Assembly: GCA_951406725.2 (NCBI GenBank)
Contig: OX597821.1
Location: 56,296,001-56,360,000 of the forward strand
Source of the DNA: Octopus vulgaris
Taxonomy: Eukaryota
Direction: 5' to 3'
Length of the DNA: 64,000 nucleotides
Shown here: in pieces, positions 1-13,484 of the stretch
Layout of the letters: every line of letters begins with the position of its first letter
How positions within the stretch are numbered: position 1 is the stretch's first letter
Made by a program: the position numbers and the translations under genes
The notes under the pieces: model-generated
Told to the model about the DNA's origin: nothing
The model's database searches: none
The model's input: only the letters and a program-made list of their open reading frames with translations

Positions 1-755
1 AACTTACAAATATCTAACCAGATCAGCGATATGTGCTGAGCTTCAAACTGAAAGTGGCAAGTTAATCAACGAAACTCTGTTCAGTGATGAAGCGAACTTC
101 CAAACACTTGAAAAGGTTAGTCGTGATAATTATTGCATTTGGGTTAGTGAGAGGCCAACTGAATTTCTTGAATGGGAACGAAATACACCGAAAGTGAATG
201 TTTGGCTTATTATGACTAAGTCAAATGTGTATGGATTTTTCTTCTTCGCAGAAACTACGGTCCGAGGAAAAGTATATCTTGATATGCTTGAACAATTTCT
301 TGAGCTTCAAATTCTCATAGATGGCATTCTTGACACGGTAGTTTCTTAAAATATTGAAGCGCCGTGCCATTATACAAAAATCGTACGTAACTGTCCTGGC
401 ACTCGCTTCCCTCCTAGTTGTATTTGTCGTGGAGAAATGTAACCGTGGATAGCACACTCACCCAATTTAACACCATTAGATTTGTTTTTTCGCTTGGGGG
501 TTCGTTAAGTCAGTGGAATACACAAATAAAATTGGAGATGTAGCAGCATTTTGAAATTTTATTGATGATGCAGTTCCAAACATCGCATCCCAAATACTGG
601 AAAGTGTGTTCCAGGAAGCTATTTATCACCTTGAGATCTGTAGTAACACTGATAATCACTTGTGGAGCACTAATTCTTTGCAGCATATACTTTGAAATAA
701 ATTTACTATTCAAATTTAAATCAGTTTTTCATTACCCCAATTTTGAGACACCGTG
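1..755 (+). mobile_element. Decayed Tc1/mariner-superfamily (maT/DD37D-like) DNA transposon: 3' part of transposase plus right TIR; 5' part lies outside the window
   Basis: Manual translation of frame +2 gives ...ETLFSDEANF...NYCIWVSERP...PKVNVW...YGFFFFAETTVRGKVYLDMLEQF...APCHY...W..HSPNLTPLDLFF, then a frameshift to WGFVKS. These match the FSDE, WPxxSPDLxPLD and WGxxK motifs. It has in-frame stops. The end TTTTGAGACACCGTG resembles the reverse complement of a CAsGGTGTCTCAAAA-type TIR. Confidence 0.85.
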
Positions 756-861
756 TTAATAATAAAAGTAAAATAATGAGAATAAAATTCAGCAGCCGTC
801 GATAATTATTTATAAATACCAACTAATTCTAATGAGTTGTAATATTTTTAAAATGTTTTTC

Positions 862-990
862 AAATTCCGAAAGATCGACTTTGATTTCATCCTTTCGGGA
901 ACGATAAAATACGTACCAGTTGAACACTGGGATCGATGTAATCAACGAGCCCCACCCGGAAATTGCTGGCATTGTGCGAGAACTTAAAAA
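862..990 (+). mobile_element. SINE family A (tRNA-derived), 5'-truncated copy
   Basis: Matches the recurrent motif GTCGACTTTGCCTTTCATCCTTTCGGGGTCGATAAA..TACCAGTT..CTGGG.TCGATGTAATC shared with the copies at 6262, 50815 and 62040-63075. Confidence 0.75.
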
Positions 991-2525
991 TCAATATTTT
1001 TGCAATCGAGCAAATTCTTAAACTGAAATAAGAACTTCGGCTAAGCAACTTGTGGGATGTTCAGCTGCAATTCAAAGGTTACTTCGATAAAACGCATAAT
1101 TGTTTATAAAGATATTATACATATGTCGTTCTTTCTTTCGACTGTACTTAAATGAAGAGGAATAAGTAAGAACTTGTATTGTTTACAACGCCATGACACA
1201 TGTAATGGACATGAGAAATCTTCAGCTAGGAAAATGTGATTAATTGTTCAGGGAAGCACCGTCGCCTACTCTTGAAGAGCAGAAAGAAAATTTATTTCTA
1301 GAAAATTGGGTATATCACAAGTACATAAAATTTATTTTTAAAACGTCAGTTGTATACAGTTTTCTTCATAAGAAAATGATTAGAAAAAATAGATATAATT
1401 ATCGTTATTACGCGTTGTTTTTTTTTCTGCTTCATTGCTTTTCATACATAAAAATATTTCATATGTATAAAAATGCTTCAACGAGCATCAATTTGTAGAA
1501 TGGTTTTGACACCTAATATTGATCTCTATCAAATTGTTTTGTAAAATGAAATGAACATTGCTCCTGGTTTCTAGAGATGAAATTTTGAGAACATCCGATG
1601 TGAAATATTATTACTGGAAACATATTAAGATTGGTGACAGTTTGCAGATTTATAGGAAATTGATTTTTCTTCAAAACCTATATCTTATTTATATAAATCA
1701 TGAGGGAATGATAGCTGCAAAATGGTGAGCAATTTCATAAAAGTTTCAATTAATATTTGTATTCGGAATATTTCCATCACATATAGATGAAAATGCCTTA
1801 GATGAGAGATAAGTTTTAATTTTCTTCCATAAAATGACTCTCTTGACATTATTTAAACATATAAAATGAATTTTAACTAAACGTCTTTGCTGGAACATGC
1901 TATTTTCTTTTTCTATGGTTTCAGTCATTGTAGAGCAGCAACATGGGGGCACCATCCTTGGGTAACTGTAGTTGCAGAGTTGAAACATTTTCATTTGCGG
2001 AACATTCCTACAATACCAATTAAGAGATGTAAAGAAAAATACAGAAGTAATCAACCCGTGAAAAAATATATATATACACATAGAATTTACGCATCGTGCT
2101 ACGTCACAATAGGTTTGCATGAAAGACTAAACACGCATGGGTTCTTCGATGAAGAACAAAGCAAACTGATTTACATTCTGCAAGTGCAATCGATCAGTAG
2201 GACAATGAAAATTTGTAAAACATTCCACTTTTCCTCCATTGGAGGTTCTTGAGTTTAGCATGTACATAAAATCACATGTACATATGGAATGCACACACGG
2301 ATAAAGACACACACAAACAGTAATGTAGCACACTTGTGCACTGAAGTGGAATTCACTCCCACTGCATGAATACAAGTTTATCCACACACAAACACACGCA
2401 TATCCAGACACTAACCAATTTATAGATTTTGAAACACCCAGCGTTGGTTTCAATACATCCCATTTTGTTTGTGACCAGCTTGAATATTGGAAGGGAGAAA
2501 AACAAATCTTTGAGAGAAAACATTC

Positions 2526-2571
<46 letters not shown>

Positions 2572-2658
2572 GTATATAAACATAGATGCAGAAACAAATT
2601 CGTATGTACACACATACACATACGCAAGGTACTCTCTTTCTGTCTTTATCTGTTATAG

Positions 2659-2779
2659 AGGGAATCGGTTGTGGCCAGGCCTGGAAACGGATAAGATCCA
2701 CTAGGTCTAAAACAAATTAAGGTACGCAGTAGGTCATGTCCGCTCTGTTACTACTCCAGTAATGATTTGAGAGCGCAAG
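2659..2779 (+). other. Candidate exon (unverified)
   Basis: Pyrimidine tract CTCTCTTTCTGTCTTTATCTGTTATAG precedes it and a strong donor CAAG|GTAAGA follows. All three frames contain a stop, so if real it is UTR or non-coding, or it uses an internal acceptor. Confidence 0.25.
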
Positions 2780-3379
2780 GTAAGATATAGTACATGTGAT
2801 TTCTCGTTTAAGCATTAGATTGAACATAACTTATTGAATGATTACCATGCCTAAAATAAAAACCATGCTGTAAATCTACTTCCAAGAAGCTGAAAAATTG
2901 TTAAAAAATATTAGTAAACAACAAGAGTGAAATGTGCAACTAAAATAGTTGTCTTCAGTCAACCTAATTTCGATTTTGTGCAACATTTACCTTCCGTTTT
3001 GGTTGTCGAATGATTACTCAAACAATCGATTAGTCAATTAGATAACTAGTTAAACCAATTAACGAATAATATAGACGTGATATAGAGCCAGTCCATGTGT
3101 TTATAATTGGGATAATGACCTCCCAAATATACAACAAAATCTGTTTCAACACACGAGTTCCCATGAAATATCTTGCAAACTAGCTACAAAAACGAAATTA
3201 TCTTACGCTATAATATCATTTAAATTATGCCATTTAAAAATATATGCCCATTATATTGCATCATTCAAATTAGATAATTTAACTGAGGATTTGCGCCTGG
3301 ATAATATAAATGGATATATGCTTATTTAAATTAGCCAACACAATTCGAAAAGAGGCACTGCCACATTTCTCTTTATTAT

Positions 3380-3925
3380 GAAATCACCATATATTTGGGA
3401 GTATTTCTTTGGCTCGCAGAATTTATTTAGTACTATGCTTGCCTATGCCAAGAAAGCCATATCACTGAACAGCATATAGAAGAATAAGGCCATCTCTTTG
3501 CGAACGATGAAAAAAATACTCCTCAGTTCATTGATATTTAGCATAGTCACCTATGAAGCTGAATGCTGGATCATAAAGAAAATTGATGAAAGGAAAATTG
3601 AAGCATTTGAACAATGGTATTTTAACACAGAATAAGCTTATTCTTAAAATAAGCTGGGCAGATAAAAGTACTAATGAATGGATCCTTCGCAACATAAAGT
3701 GTCAGAAAAGACTTAAATGCCACCATGAAAAGAAAAGGGACGTTTACCAGCCATATACTTAGAAGATATGACCTTGACAAGTTCTTGCTAACAGGTGTAG
3801 CATATTACAAAAAGTCAAGAGGAAGATCTGAACCAAATTGAGCAATAACATCAAAGAAACTAGAGGTGGAAGTTTTATAGAACTGTGTAGACTGGTACAG
3901 AACAGACACAGTGGGGTGGAGGGAC
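3380..3925 (+). mobile_element. RTE-clade LINE relic (C-terminal RT/thumb region)
   Basis: Translates to SLIFSIVTYEAECWIIKKIDERKIEAFEQWY..LLKISWADKSTNEWILRNIK, the typical RTE xYGxExWxxxKxxxxxIxAFExWxxRxxLxIxW motif. It carries frameshifts and stops. Confidence 0.75.
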
Positions 3926-4789
3926 AGGGTGGATCAATTACTTTAGTACTCTCTAGAGAAAACACTGTTCTCGTTTATTTCGTTTGCTTCGGTTAGTGTA
4001 GCATCCTATCCAGGTGAGACTTGTGCTTATCGAGCGCAATGAAGCAGGTTGTCACTGACACATTAAACTCAGATGTCCGTAAAGATGTCCACGAACATAA
4101 TCTGGAAATTGTGACTTGTCAAACGGGTCTTAACTACTGAGATTTATCCCAAACAAATTAACAAAACTAGTTTGAGGAAACGGGGTGTAAAAATCGATCA
4201 AAGCATCTGAATGCCACGGAAATGAAGATTTACTGCAATGGCATTGATAGTAAGATAACTGTCAGTTTAGTTTTATTGTGGTTTTGATCAGAACAAAAAT
4301 ACTATCCTCAAATTTTCACAACAAATACATCAAGCGTGTATTATTATTACTATCTATATATTAATACGCTAAGGCCGAAATGTGTTACACTTTCACGTGT
4401 TTAGTTGAAAGGAAAGGCGAAGAACGAGAGAGAAAGGGGGGGAAACAAAAAAGAGGAAGAAAGAAAAAGTGGAAAAGAGAAGCATCCATAACTTAAGGTA
4501 GGGGAAACAGTATTTATTTCGTGGTTAAAAAGTTAGATGAAGGGAGTGAAAGAGAGTTAGAAATATATGTTTAGCAAATGAGTGATGTTCTGGTGGTGGG
4601 ATTAAAGAAAGGTAGAAAGAGGGAGAGAGATAGAGAAACAGAGGCAGGCAGACAGAGACGGAGAGGGAGAGACGGTGATGCCGAGTGAGAGACAGAGAAA
4701 CTGAAAGAGAAAGACAGAGAGAGGAAGGGGGATGAAGGGGATGGTGATGGTGATGGTGATGGTGATGGTGGAGGTGGTGGTGGTGAGTG

Positions 4790-5140
4790 GATCTTTTATC
4801 TTTCGTCTTTCAATTGTTTCAGCCACTTGACTGCGGCTATGCTGGGGCACCGCATTGAACAGTTTTAGTCGAACAATCGACTCCAGGACTTATTTCTTTG
4901 TAAGCCTAGTACTTATTCTATCGCTCTGATTTGTTGAACCGCTAAGCACACCAACACCGATTTTCAAACACAGATACAAAGAAACGGCACACATACACAC
5001 ACTATCAGCGTCTTTCAGTTTCCGTTTACCAAATCCACTCACAAGGCTTTGGTGGGCTCGAGGCTATAGCAAAGACTGAACCCGGAACCATATGGTTGGG
5101 AAGCAAGCTTCTGACCACACAATCACACCTGCATCTAGGT
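4790..5140 (-). mobile_element. SINE family B (tRNA-derived, internal (CA)n), near full length
   Basis: Conserved blocks TTGTTTCAGTCATTTGACTGCGGC..GCTGG.GCACCGC, AAGCCTAGTACTTATTCTATCG and CAAATCCACTCACAAGGCTTTGGT..GC are present. The minus-strand head has A/B-box-like TGTGTGGT / GGTTCCGGGTTCAGTC. Confidence 0.8.
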
Positions 5141-6261
5141 GAAAAGTGTAATTTGTTTTTATTGAACTATGTTTTTATTTTATCACCAGTCATATAAGGC
5201 ATGCACTTAAGTGTAATTATTGATCATCAGCTTGCTTGATAGTTGTTTATAGAATATGGATGATAGACGATGTAAGCTAACAAGAGAAATAATGAAACCA
5301 TATAGGCAATTGATTATAGAGAAGCAGAGAGCCTAAAGACTAAAAACAATCACGAGGGTATTAGTGTGTAGAAGGGACAATATGAACCAAATTTTAGAGC
5401 ATTTACAACAGATAAGGAAACGAATTCAAGCTTGAATATACAAAATGAGAATCAGAGTGAAAGTTAAAAAACTACAAACGTGTAGTTGAAAGCTATTTTC
5501 TATAATATTTTGAAGCTCTTAGGATTATATATAAATCACTGGACTGCTGAGAGAATGAGAAAGTCATGTTCCTTCAATTACAGCCTTTTCCAGAAGAGCT
5601 GATAGGTATTTTTAAATGAAAATAATGCCGAATATATAATTTATAAAGGAACACTAATTTTTATGGCTCCATAAAAATTTTTAATTGCCTAAAAAATTTT
5701 ATATTTACGTGGAATTTCAATGAATACTGCTAGTTTTTATTAAAATACCAAGATGTTCCTATTGTAAATTTACACTCATATTTCTAGGACAAAAAGGTGA
5801 ATATTACGACGCAGGACAGTAATGTACAGAACATATACTAGAGTATATGCATATAAAAGAATTTTCCTTTCTTCAACGTTCATTACTTAGATAATTTGAC
5901 AGATATGCTAAATAAGCTCCCAAAAGATTTTAAGGCGTTGAAGATATAAAACCATTATCAGTATTGGCAAGAAGGAAGGACCGTCGGCTGTTTCTGTTAT
6001 GTGCCTATTTCTCATTAATATTCAACTATAGCAAAAAGTCATCGTAAGTGAAAACTGACAGAACATTTGGCGTCAGTGCCATTATCGCTATGACTGATGA
6101 AGTTATTTCATCGGCAGATTATGACTGACATGTCCGGAAGAACATATTAAACACATCAAGTTTACTTTTTATTCTTTCATCTTGTTATGTTCATAAAACT
6201 GTGCGTAAGACTTGACAGTTGATTTAAACAAAATCCTTTATAAATTATATATAGTTAAATA

Positions 6262-6448
6262 AGGCGGCGAGATGGTAGAAATGTTAGCACGTCTTATTTC
6301 GTCTGTCTTTACGTTTTGAGTTCAAATTGCACCGAGGTCGACTTTGCCTTTCATTCTTTCGGGTTCGATAAATTAAGTAACTGTTACATACTGGGATCGA
6401 TCTAATCGACTGGCCCAAAATTTCGGGCCTTGTGCCTAGAGTAGAAAA
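6262..6448 (+). mobile_element. SINE family A with tail type 1
   Basis: Head AGGCGGCGAGATGGTAGAAATGTTAGCACG, B-box-like GAGTTCAAATT, tail AAATTTCGGGCCTTGTGCCTAGAGTAGAAAA. Confidence 0.85.
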
Positions 6449-6519
6449 TAATATATATAATGAAATCCCTGTAGAATAACATCCGCTATATATTCATATA
6501 CACAAATCTAATACACGTA

Positions 6520-6790
6520 TTCTTTTATTTGTTTCAGTCATTTGACTGTGGCCATGCTGGAGCATCACCTTTAGTCGAACAAATCACCCACAAAACTTAT
6601 CCTTTGTAAGCTTAGTGCTTCTTTTATCGGCTCTTTTGCTGAACTGGAGATGTAAACACTCCAACATCAGTTGTCAAGTGATGGGGTGGGGGACAAACAC
6701 ACACATACACATATGCATATGTGACAGGATTCTTTCGGTTTGCGTCTACCAAATCCACTCACAATGCTTTGGTCGGCTATGGCCAGTAGT
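6520..6790 (-). mobile_element. SINE family B copy
   Basis: Same blocks as the 4790-5140 copy. Confidence 0.8.
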
Positions 6791-7299
6791 TAATACTAAA
6801 ATTAGAAAAATAGGCAATTCAGATAAATTGATTGATTATGATTTGTTGATATATAAAGCCTTAAGCATAATTTTAGATAGTCACATGAAAATGATGCCTT
6901 CAGCAATTATTGAAATACAATCATATTCACGTTCGAACCGGCCGAAAGTATATTAATGAATATATTCGTTATTGTTTTAATTCTTGCTCTAGTGCGTGCA
7001 GATGGACATTTAATCTATGATAATGATAACTCTATAAAATGCAAATAAATAAATAAGTAAGAAATAAGAAGATGGTGGCTAGAGTAATAGAAGTAATAGA
7101 ACTCAGAACAGACAGTAAAGAAATAATACTCTATACATTCACTTAATTTCTCGTCGTTCAGACTATCGCAGTGGTAGCGTCCCGAGTTCATAACCCAGAG
7201 ATCTGTGGATCGCAGCTAGATTCTGTGAAGAATTGGATACAAATTTTGATATCTGTGGTTACATGCCGAAAATTATATGGTTAGATACAATTATAATAT

Positions 7300-7620
7300 C
7301 CTTTCTTCTATGGGCATAAAGCCTGTAATTTGTGGGGTGGAGGTATGTAGATCGTATTGACTCCAGTATTTGGCGGTACTTAATTTATCGACCTCGAAAT
7401 GATGAAAGGCAAAGCTGACGCGGCGGAATTTGAACTCAGGGGCTAAACATAGAGAGGGTAAACAAGGACAGACAAACGGATTAAGGCGATTACATCGACC
7501 CCAGTGCGTAACTGGTACTTATTTAATCGACGCCGAAAGGATGAAAGGCAAAGTCGACCTCGGCGGAATTTGAACTCTGAACGTAACGGCAGGTGAAATA
7601 CCACTTTGTCAGCTCGCCGA
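7300..7620 (-). mobile_element. Two adjacent SINE family A copies (tail type 1, then tail type 2)
   Basis: GATGAAAGGCAAAG..GAC..CGGCGGAATTTGAACTC occurs twice. The second copy carries the tail GGCTAAACATAGAGAGGGTAAACAAGGACAGACAAACGG. Confidence 0.8.
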
Positions 7621-8944
7621 CTTAGATACAAATTATATAGTGTAGGAATAATTTATACAGGGTCAAAGGGCCACCAACTGACAAAGATACACGGAAACCC
7701 AAGTAGCGTAGTGGGCAGTGACGACAACAATAGGACTTTTCTCTTTGAATATAATATAGTACCAATACATTTAAGTAAACCAGTATATATTAATGTTAAT
7801 AACCTTTCGGCTCTTAGCATTAACATATACTGTTATTGATTTCTGACATTCATTAGAAAAATATCAGTTGTGTTTGGCGAAAAGAAAATACGATAAGATC
7901 GCATCTTCCCACTTTTAATTTCGTCATAACTCCCACGCGAGGTTTGTCGAGATGAATGTTTCATGCAGGATTTCCATTTCCTACGTATGTAATTTTCTGC
8001 CTTTAGCTATTAATGTCTGGCTTAATTCTTCGCAGTCAACCGACAAATACGATTACTAACTGCTGTTAAAAAAATATTTGAAGAGAATTAATGGAAATTT
8101 TTTCAGGGAATGATGCATGAGTGAATCCCATATCTAGTCTTTGGGGACACGAAGGTGCTATTAAAAATTAATCCATTGTGCATTTAATCAACATATAAAG
8201 CTAGGATGATTACATTTTACACTGTATCTTAGTTTTATATATTTTGATATGCAAGTCTGAATGAGATTTGTTCAGAAAGGGAAGTGGGAAATAAATGTGA
8301 TCGACAGTTAATGTAAAAATTGTTTTGTAATGCAATATCACTATGATACATGTCATAATTACTATAACTTGTAGACAAATAAGAAATATATGAATTCATA
8401 GCAACAGATGTCATGCAACGTAATTTATCAATCTGCAAACAACCGCCATTATATTGTATAGTATATGGATAGTTGTTCACAGGCCCATAAATTTATGTGA
8501 CTATCATATTCGAATGTCAAACAACAATGCTTTATTAAACGATCGAATGACAAGAGATAATTAGGTTGACGCAAATCGCTGCACAGATATTTTTTACGAT
8601 TTTCCATTCTAAACAAAATTTTAAGTTTTATTGTTTGCACCGCCACTGTTTTCAAGCATAAAGTGATTAATTCTAAAAGTGTCTCACCGATTAAATTAGA
8701 GTGAAACAAATTATATACAACAGAATTGAATTCCATGAAATGTTAATGCATCATCCAATAATAGCTGTACTTTATAGCTGAGGAGCAAATACAAAACTGT
8801 GAAACGCTCATATGTCACCGCATATGACATAATATTACAAAATGGAAGTTGGGTCATAATTGTGGTCGGTCAGAAGCTTGAATACTGTCCTTCGTCATTT
8901 ACCGTAAGAAGTGATACGTCCTTTGAAGGAAAGCAAGACTGGGA

Positions 8945-9165
8945 CTTTATCTTTTATCTTTTACTTGTTTGAGTGATTAGACTGCGGTCATGCTGGAGCT
9001 TCGCCTTGAAGAGTTTTTAGTCGAATGAGTTTACCCCGGTACTTACCACTTTTTAAAGCCTGGTACATATTCTATCGATCTCTTATGTCGATCCGCAATG
9101 TTGCGGGAACGTAAACACCTCGGCACCGCTTATCAAGCAGTGGTGGGGAACAAACATAGACAAAC

Positions 9166-9206
<41 letters not shown>

Positions 9207-9275
9207 AACAACTTCTTTCAGCTTACGGCTACCAAATCCCCTAACAAGGCTCTGGGCGGCCCGAAGTTATTATAG
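8945..9275 (-). mobile_element. SINE family B copy
   Basis: TCTTTTACTTGTTT..GACTGCGGTCATGCTGGAGC, internal (CA)n, and CTACCAAATCC..ACAAGGCT. Confidence 0.75.
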
Positions 9276-9277
9276 AC

Positions 9278-9278
<1 letters not shown>

Positions 9279-9348
<70 letters not shown>

Positions 9349-9415
9349 AAGAAGAAGAAGAAGAAGAAGAAGAACAACAAGAAGAAACATGCTAATAATA
9401 ATAATAATAATAATA

Positions 9416-9466
<51 letters not shown>
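9279..9466. repeat. Compound microsatellite (TAA)n-(GAA)n-(TAA)n-(TTA)n
   Basis: Read directly from the sequence. Confidence 0.95.
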
Positions 9467-9600
9467 GGAATAGAACCTGGCAATGCCTGCAGAAAGGAGA
9501 CTGAGGCATTAGTGTACAGCGCTCAAGAACAAGTTCTCAGAACAAACTACTCCGAATATCACATTGATAAAAGCACTGACTCGCCACAGTGTAGCTATCT
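9467..9600 (+). mobile_element. R4/Dong-like (restriction-like endonuclease) non-LTR fragment, post-RT region
   Basis: KETEALVYSAQEQVLRTNYSEYHIDKSTDSPQC matches the ETEGxxxAAQDQxLxTxxxxxxIxxxxxxxxCRxC motif that precedes the C-terminal Zn knuckle of R4/Dong-type elements. Confidence 0.7.
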
Positions 9601-9744
9601 AAAATATAAATAAGCTATCTAAAATAAGGAGAGACACTGTCAAAACAAAAACAGACATCAGAAATTGAAAAAGAGAATTAAAAAAATGAAATACGTCACG
9701 AAAACTCAAATAGTGCTCAAATAATACCTCATAATAATACAAAC

Positions 9745-9900
9745 AATAGTTTCTAGCGTTGGCACAAGACCAACAATTTTAGAGGAGGGTGTAAGATGAT
9801 TACATCGACCCCATTGTTCAACAGGTACTTATTCTATCGACCCCGAAAGGTTGAAAGACAACGTCAATCTCGGCGAAATTTGAACTCAAAACGTGAAGTT
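9745..9900 (-). mobile_element. SINE family A copy
   Basis: GGCACAAGACCAACAATTTT..GATTACATCGACCCC..GGTACTTATT..ATCGACCCCGAAAGG..AATTTGAACTCA. Confidence 0.75.
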
Positions 9901-10019
9901 AAATAAATAACAAAACACAACAAGCACAAACGTTAGGACTACTCAACGAAGACTAAAATTCATCAAATCAGAGCGACTAAACAAAAATAAAAGTAGGAGG
10001 AAATGTGAAGAAAATCTAA

Positions 10020-12060
10020 AAACTAGAAGAAATAAAATTGGAAGCCATGTTTATGAAACTTTATAATTAATGTAGCTTCCCCAAACATTAGACTTAATAT
10101 ATCAACAACAATAAAAAACGTAAATTTGGTTATTTCACGTATAATCGCAACAGAAGGAAGCATCAGCATGAACAGGTTAAATAATATATATATGACAGCT
10201 TCTGTGGTCACAAAGTCAAGTGGATTTTCTCTGAAATCCACCTAAATGGGTGTATCAAAACAAAGAAACGACAAGAAAAAACTAATATTCAGAAAAAACT
10301 AGAAAATAAAGAGTTCTATCAATTGTTGAAGAAATTAGTAACTAAATAATACCACTTAACAACAAGAAAGAGAAACAAAATACTACAGAAATATAAAATA
10401 ACAAAAGGAGATGGTTCTAAAACAAGAGAAAATCTAAAGCCAGATATCGTTACCAAAGCAAAAGATACCGCCGTTATGAAAAATGTCAACGATTCTTTGA
10501 ACAGAACAAGCAGTTTAAACTGCAATCCAAATGGATTCTACCAGAAGTTGGTAAAATAAAATAGAACTCAATGCAATACTAGCAGCAGAATGAGTAGGAT
10601 GAGAACATTTCAGGGCGGCGAAAGAATTACTCCAGAAAGGATTAATTAAAACAAGTACGGCACCTAAACAAATCTGGACCCCCATAGCAACGAAAGTGGT
10701 AACCCAGGTAGTGCCAAGCTGAAATAACTGGAAGGCATCAATACACGATAAGATTCCCATTTCTAGCTACAATATTTAACAAATACATTCAATAGGTTGC
10801 AGAGATGTTGAATTAGATGCTACCGTAGCCAAACATAACACTGAATCGCTCACAGAAGTAAGACCATCCTAATTTGCAAACCTGCTGAAACTGCAAGCAC
10901 GTAAAATTACATGTCTCCTTGCAACCTAAAAGGCCTTAAATGGAATAATATCGCAGATAATGCGCAGGTATGTTTTCAGAGGAACAGAATAGATGGTGCA
11001 AAGACTCACATAGCTGTAAGGATCACTTGTTGGTCAACAAAGCCACAACTGAAGACTACTGAAAGAAAAAGAAGGGTCTGATCATGGCTTGGATGGATTA
11101 CAGGAAGGTTTTGACAGCATTCCCAACACCTGGATCCCAAATATGTGGAACCTTGAAGCACTAGTCATGAGCAAAGTAATTCAGTGATAAAATGTATAAA
11201 GCATGCCATGAATAAATGGCAAACATTTCTTAAGTTACAGACAGAAGAGAGAATTATAAAAACTTAGGCCATCCCCTTTACAATAGAAATATTCCAAGAA
11301 GATTTGCTCTCTCCATTTTTTCTGGGTGGCACTAACGCCTTTAACTGTCATGCTACATAATACTGGACATAGATACAACTGCTATGGAAAACCATCAACC
11401 ATCTCCTGTATATGGGCGTTCTCAAGCCGTATACTGCAAATGATAAACAACTGGAAATATTTCTATAGAGACTGCACGGGTTTACCAAGAAAATAAATAT
11501 GAAATTCTCCCTAGAAAATTTGTTAAATCAACATTGAGTAGAATAAAATTAAGTAAGAATAACAACATTACATTAGATAAAGAAAATGAAACAAGAGAAC
11601 TAGACCAAATTCAAACATACAAATACTTAGAAATCAGTAGGCTAGATACAGTGCAGCACTCACAAATGAAAGAAAGATAAGGAAGGACTATTATAAGCGA
11701 ATTATATTATTACTTAAAACAGCTCAATGTTAAATATAAGATAATAGACATCAATACTCTAGCTGTTCCAGTTATAAGCTACTGTTACAATATTCTTAAC
11801 TGAATGAACTAGGCAGATCAGACAGGAAAGCGGGAAAACTGATACTGCAATTCAGAATATACCAACCGAAATCTGACATAGAAAGATTATATATACAATG
11901 AATTGAAGGTAGTATAGGCTTTATACAATAACAAAACTACTATAAAACATCCACTGTAGAACTACAGAAATATCGAGGTCAGAACAGGAAAATTGACGCA
12001 AATAACAACACATGATGAACAAATCAATCATTAAACTGCGTTCTGTCACCAGGTAAGTCG
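10020..12060 (+). pseudogene. Heavily decayed R4/Dong-like non-LTR retrotransposon reverse transcriptase
   Basis: Ordered degenerate RT motifs across frameshifts: EEQ..CKDHLLVNK; IMAWMDYRKVFDSIPNTWI (AWIDYKKAFDSVPHxWI); EIFQEDLLSP (GIFQGDSLSP); INHLLYMGVLK (SHLLYMDDLK); YKYL; INTLAVPVISY; PKSDIERLYI (HPKSDxxRLY). Confidence 0.85.
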
Positions 12061-12089
12061 AAAAACACAAGGAAGAGTTATAATACCTC

Positions 12090-12387
12090 TTATCTTCCCG
12101 ATTAAAAAATTGAGTTATCTCCCCACTAAAAAATTGAGTTTATGGGGCGACGAGAGTTTGCATTAAAAGGTTTAGATCCTTTTGATTCAATACTTCAACA
12201 CATTGTAGACGTTTGGCTTCCTCAATAGGTATGGCATGATTTGTTATAAAAACGTTATCAGATTCAAGAAGATGTTTAATTTTAATGTTTATTAATATTT
12301 CTCATTTTTTATTGAGATTTAAACATGAACCGATATTTCTCATAAAATGCGGGGAGATAACCCAATTTTGTAATGGGGGTAAGATAA
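12090..12387. mobile_element. MITE-like element with about 35-bp terminal inverted repeats
   Basis: Left arm TTATCTTCCCGATTAAAAAATTGAGTTATCTCCCC (12090-12124). Reverse complement of the right arm (12351-12387) is TTATCTTACCCCCATTACAAAATTGGGTTATCTCCCC. The interior is non-coding. Confidence 0.6.
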
Positions 12388-13484
12388 CCAAAAAGTACCG
12401 ACATTTCTAGCTAAGTTAAAACTCAACAATCATGTCTCCGAGTTCAGTTTAAGCACTGGATGAATCAGCAAGTGCAATACAGGGAGAAAGAGTGTATGTG
12501 CTTGAGAGAGAGGAGGTAAAAGAGAGATGGAAAGTGAGGGTTACAAAAAGTAAAAAGAAGAGAGGTGTTATTCATTAAAAACAAATGTTTTCATTCATTT
12601 AATAAATTACCATACAACTTGCTTACAATATCAACCAACCCCTTACAATGACACACCACTCTTAAATATTAAACTGAAGAATATATTCCCCGATAGAAAA
12701 ACAATGTAACTCTCATGACTGGAATGCTTTGCATGCAAAACTATGCGTTTATATATGAGCCCGTTTGTGTGTGGATTTGTGTGTGCGAGTGTGTGTGTGT
12801 GTATGTGTGTGTGTTGCATAGAGTGAGCTTACAAAAAGCTCTCGCGCATACACGTGAATATTGAAGTCGTTTCTTATTTATTTTTCAGTGAGCTGAGATT
12901 AAATGTTCCTTGGAATTGTACGTGCAATTGTATGTGCATATGCATGCGCGCGTGTCTGTACCTGTGCATTTATATCTATATATATTCTCTTTTAAAATAT
13001 ATAGGTACAACACGAGCACACACATTTCTTGGAGTATTAATATTCAAGAAAGCCTGCTATCCCCACTCCCATTAGCACACACGAGCGCGCGCGTATCTAT
13101 GTATCCATATATTAAAATATGCTTAGTTTATATGACAGTGTATAGAAAACGGTTTCTGATTTTGACTGTTATTATTTAAAAGGGCTTAATGTCAAGCCCC
13201 GTAATATATTAAATTAATTTCATACATTTATCATATTCTTCAAAGTATATTATCCTTTCGTAATATTTGCAATAAACATTGAAAACGTATCATATTAACG
13301 TGTATTATGTTATTTTGCTTCATTAGAATTTTTATTTTTATTTTGATTAGGTAAATTCATTGATATACGCTGCTATAATTACTAACCACAATCACTAATT
13401 TTCTTTACATCTGAGTAAATATATTCAAAATTATCAGAGTTAATTTGATATCAATTATTTCATTTTTCATATTTCATATTTCAG

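Noticed and set aside
1746-2704. Cluster of overlapping 80-170-aa ORFs on both strands
   Set aside because: No recognisable domain. They are partly microsatellite-derived and include a SINE B remnant near 1910-1965.
6262-6345. tRNA-like A/B boxes in SINE heads as tRNA genes
   Set aside because: No complete cloverleaf is present and they run directly into SINE bodies.
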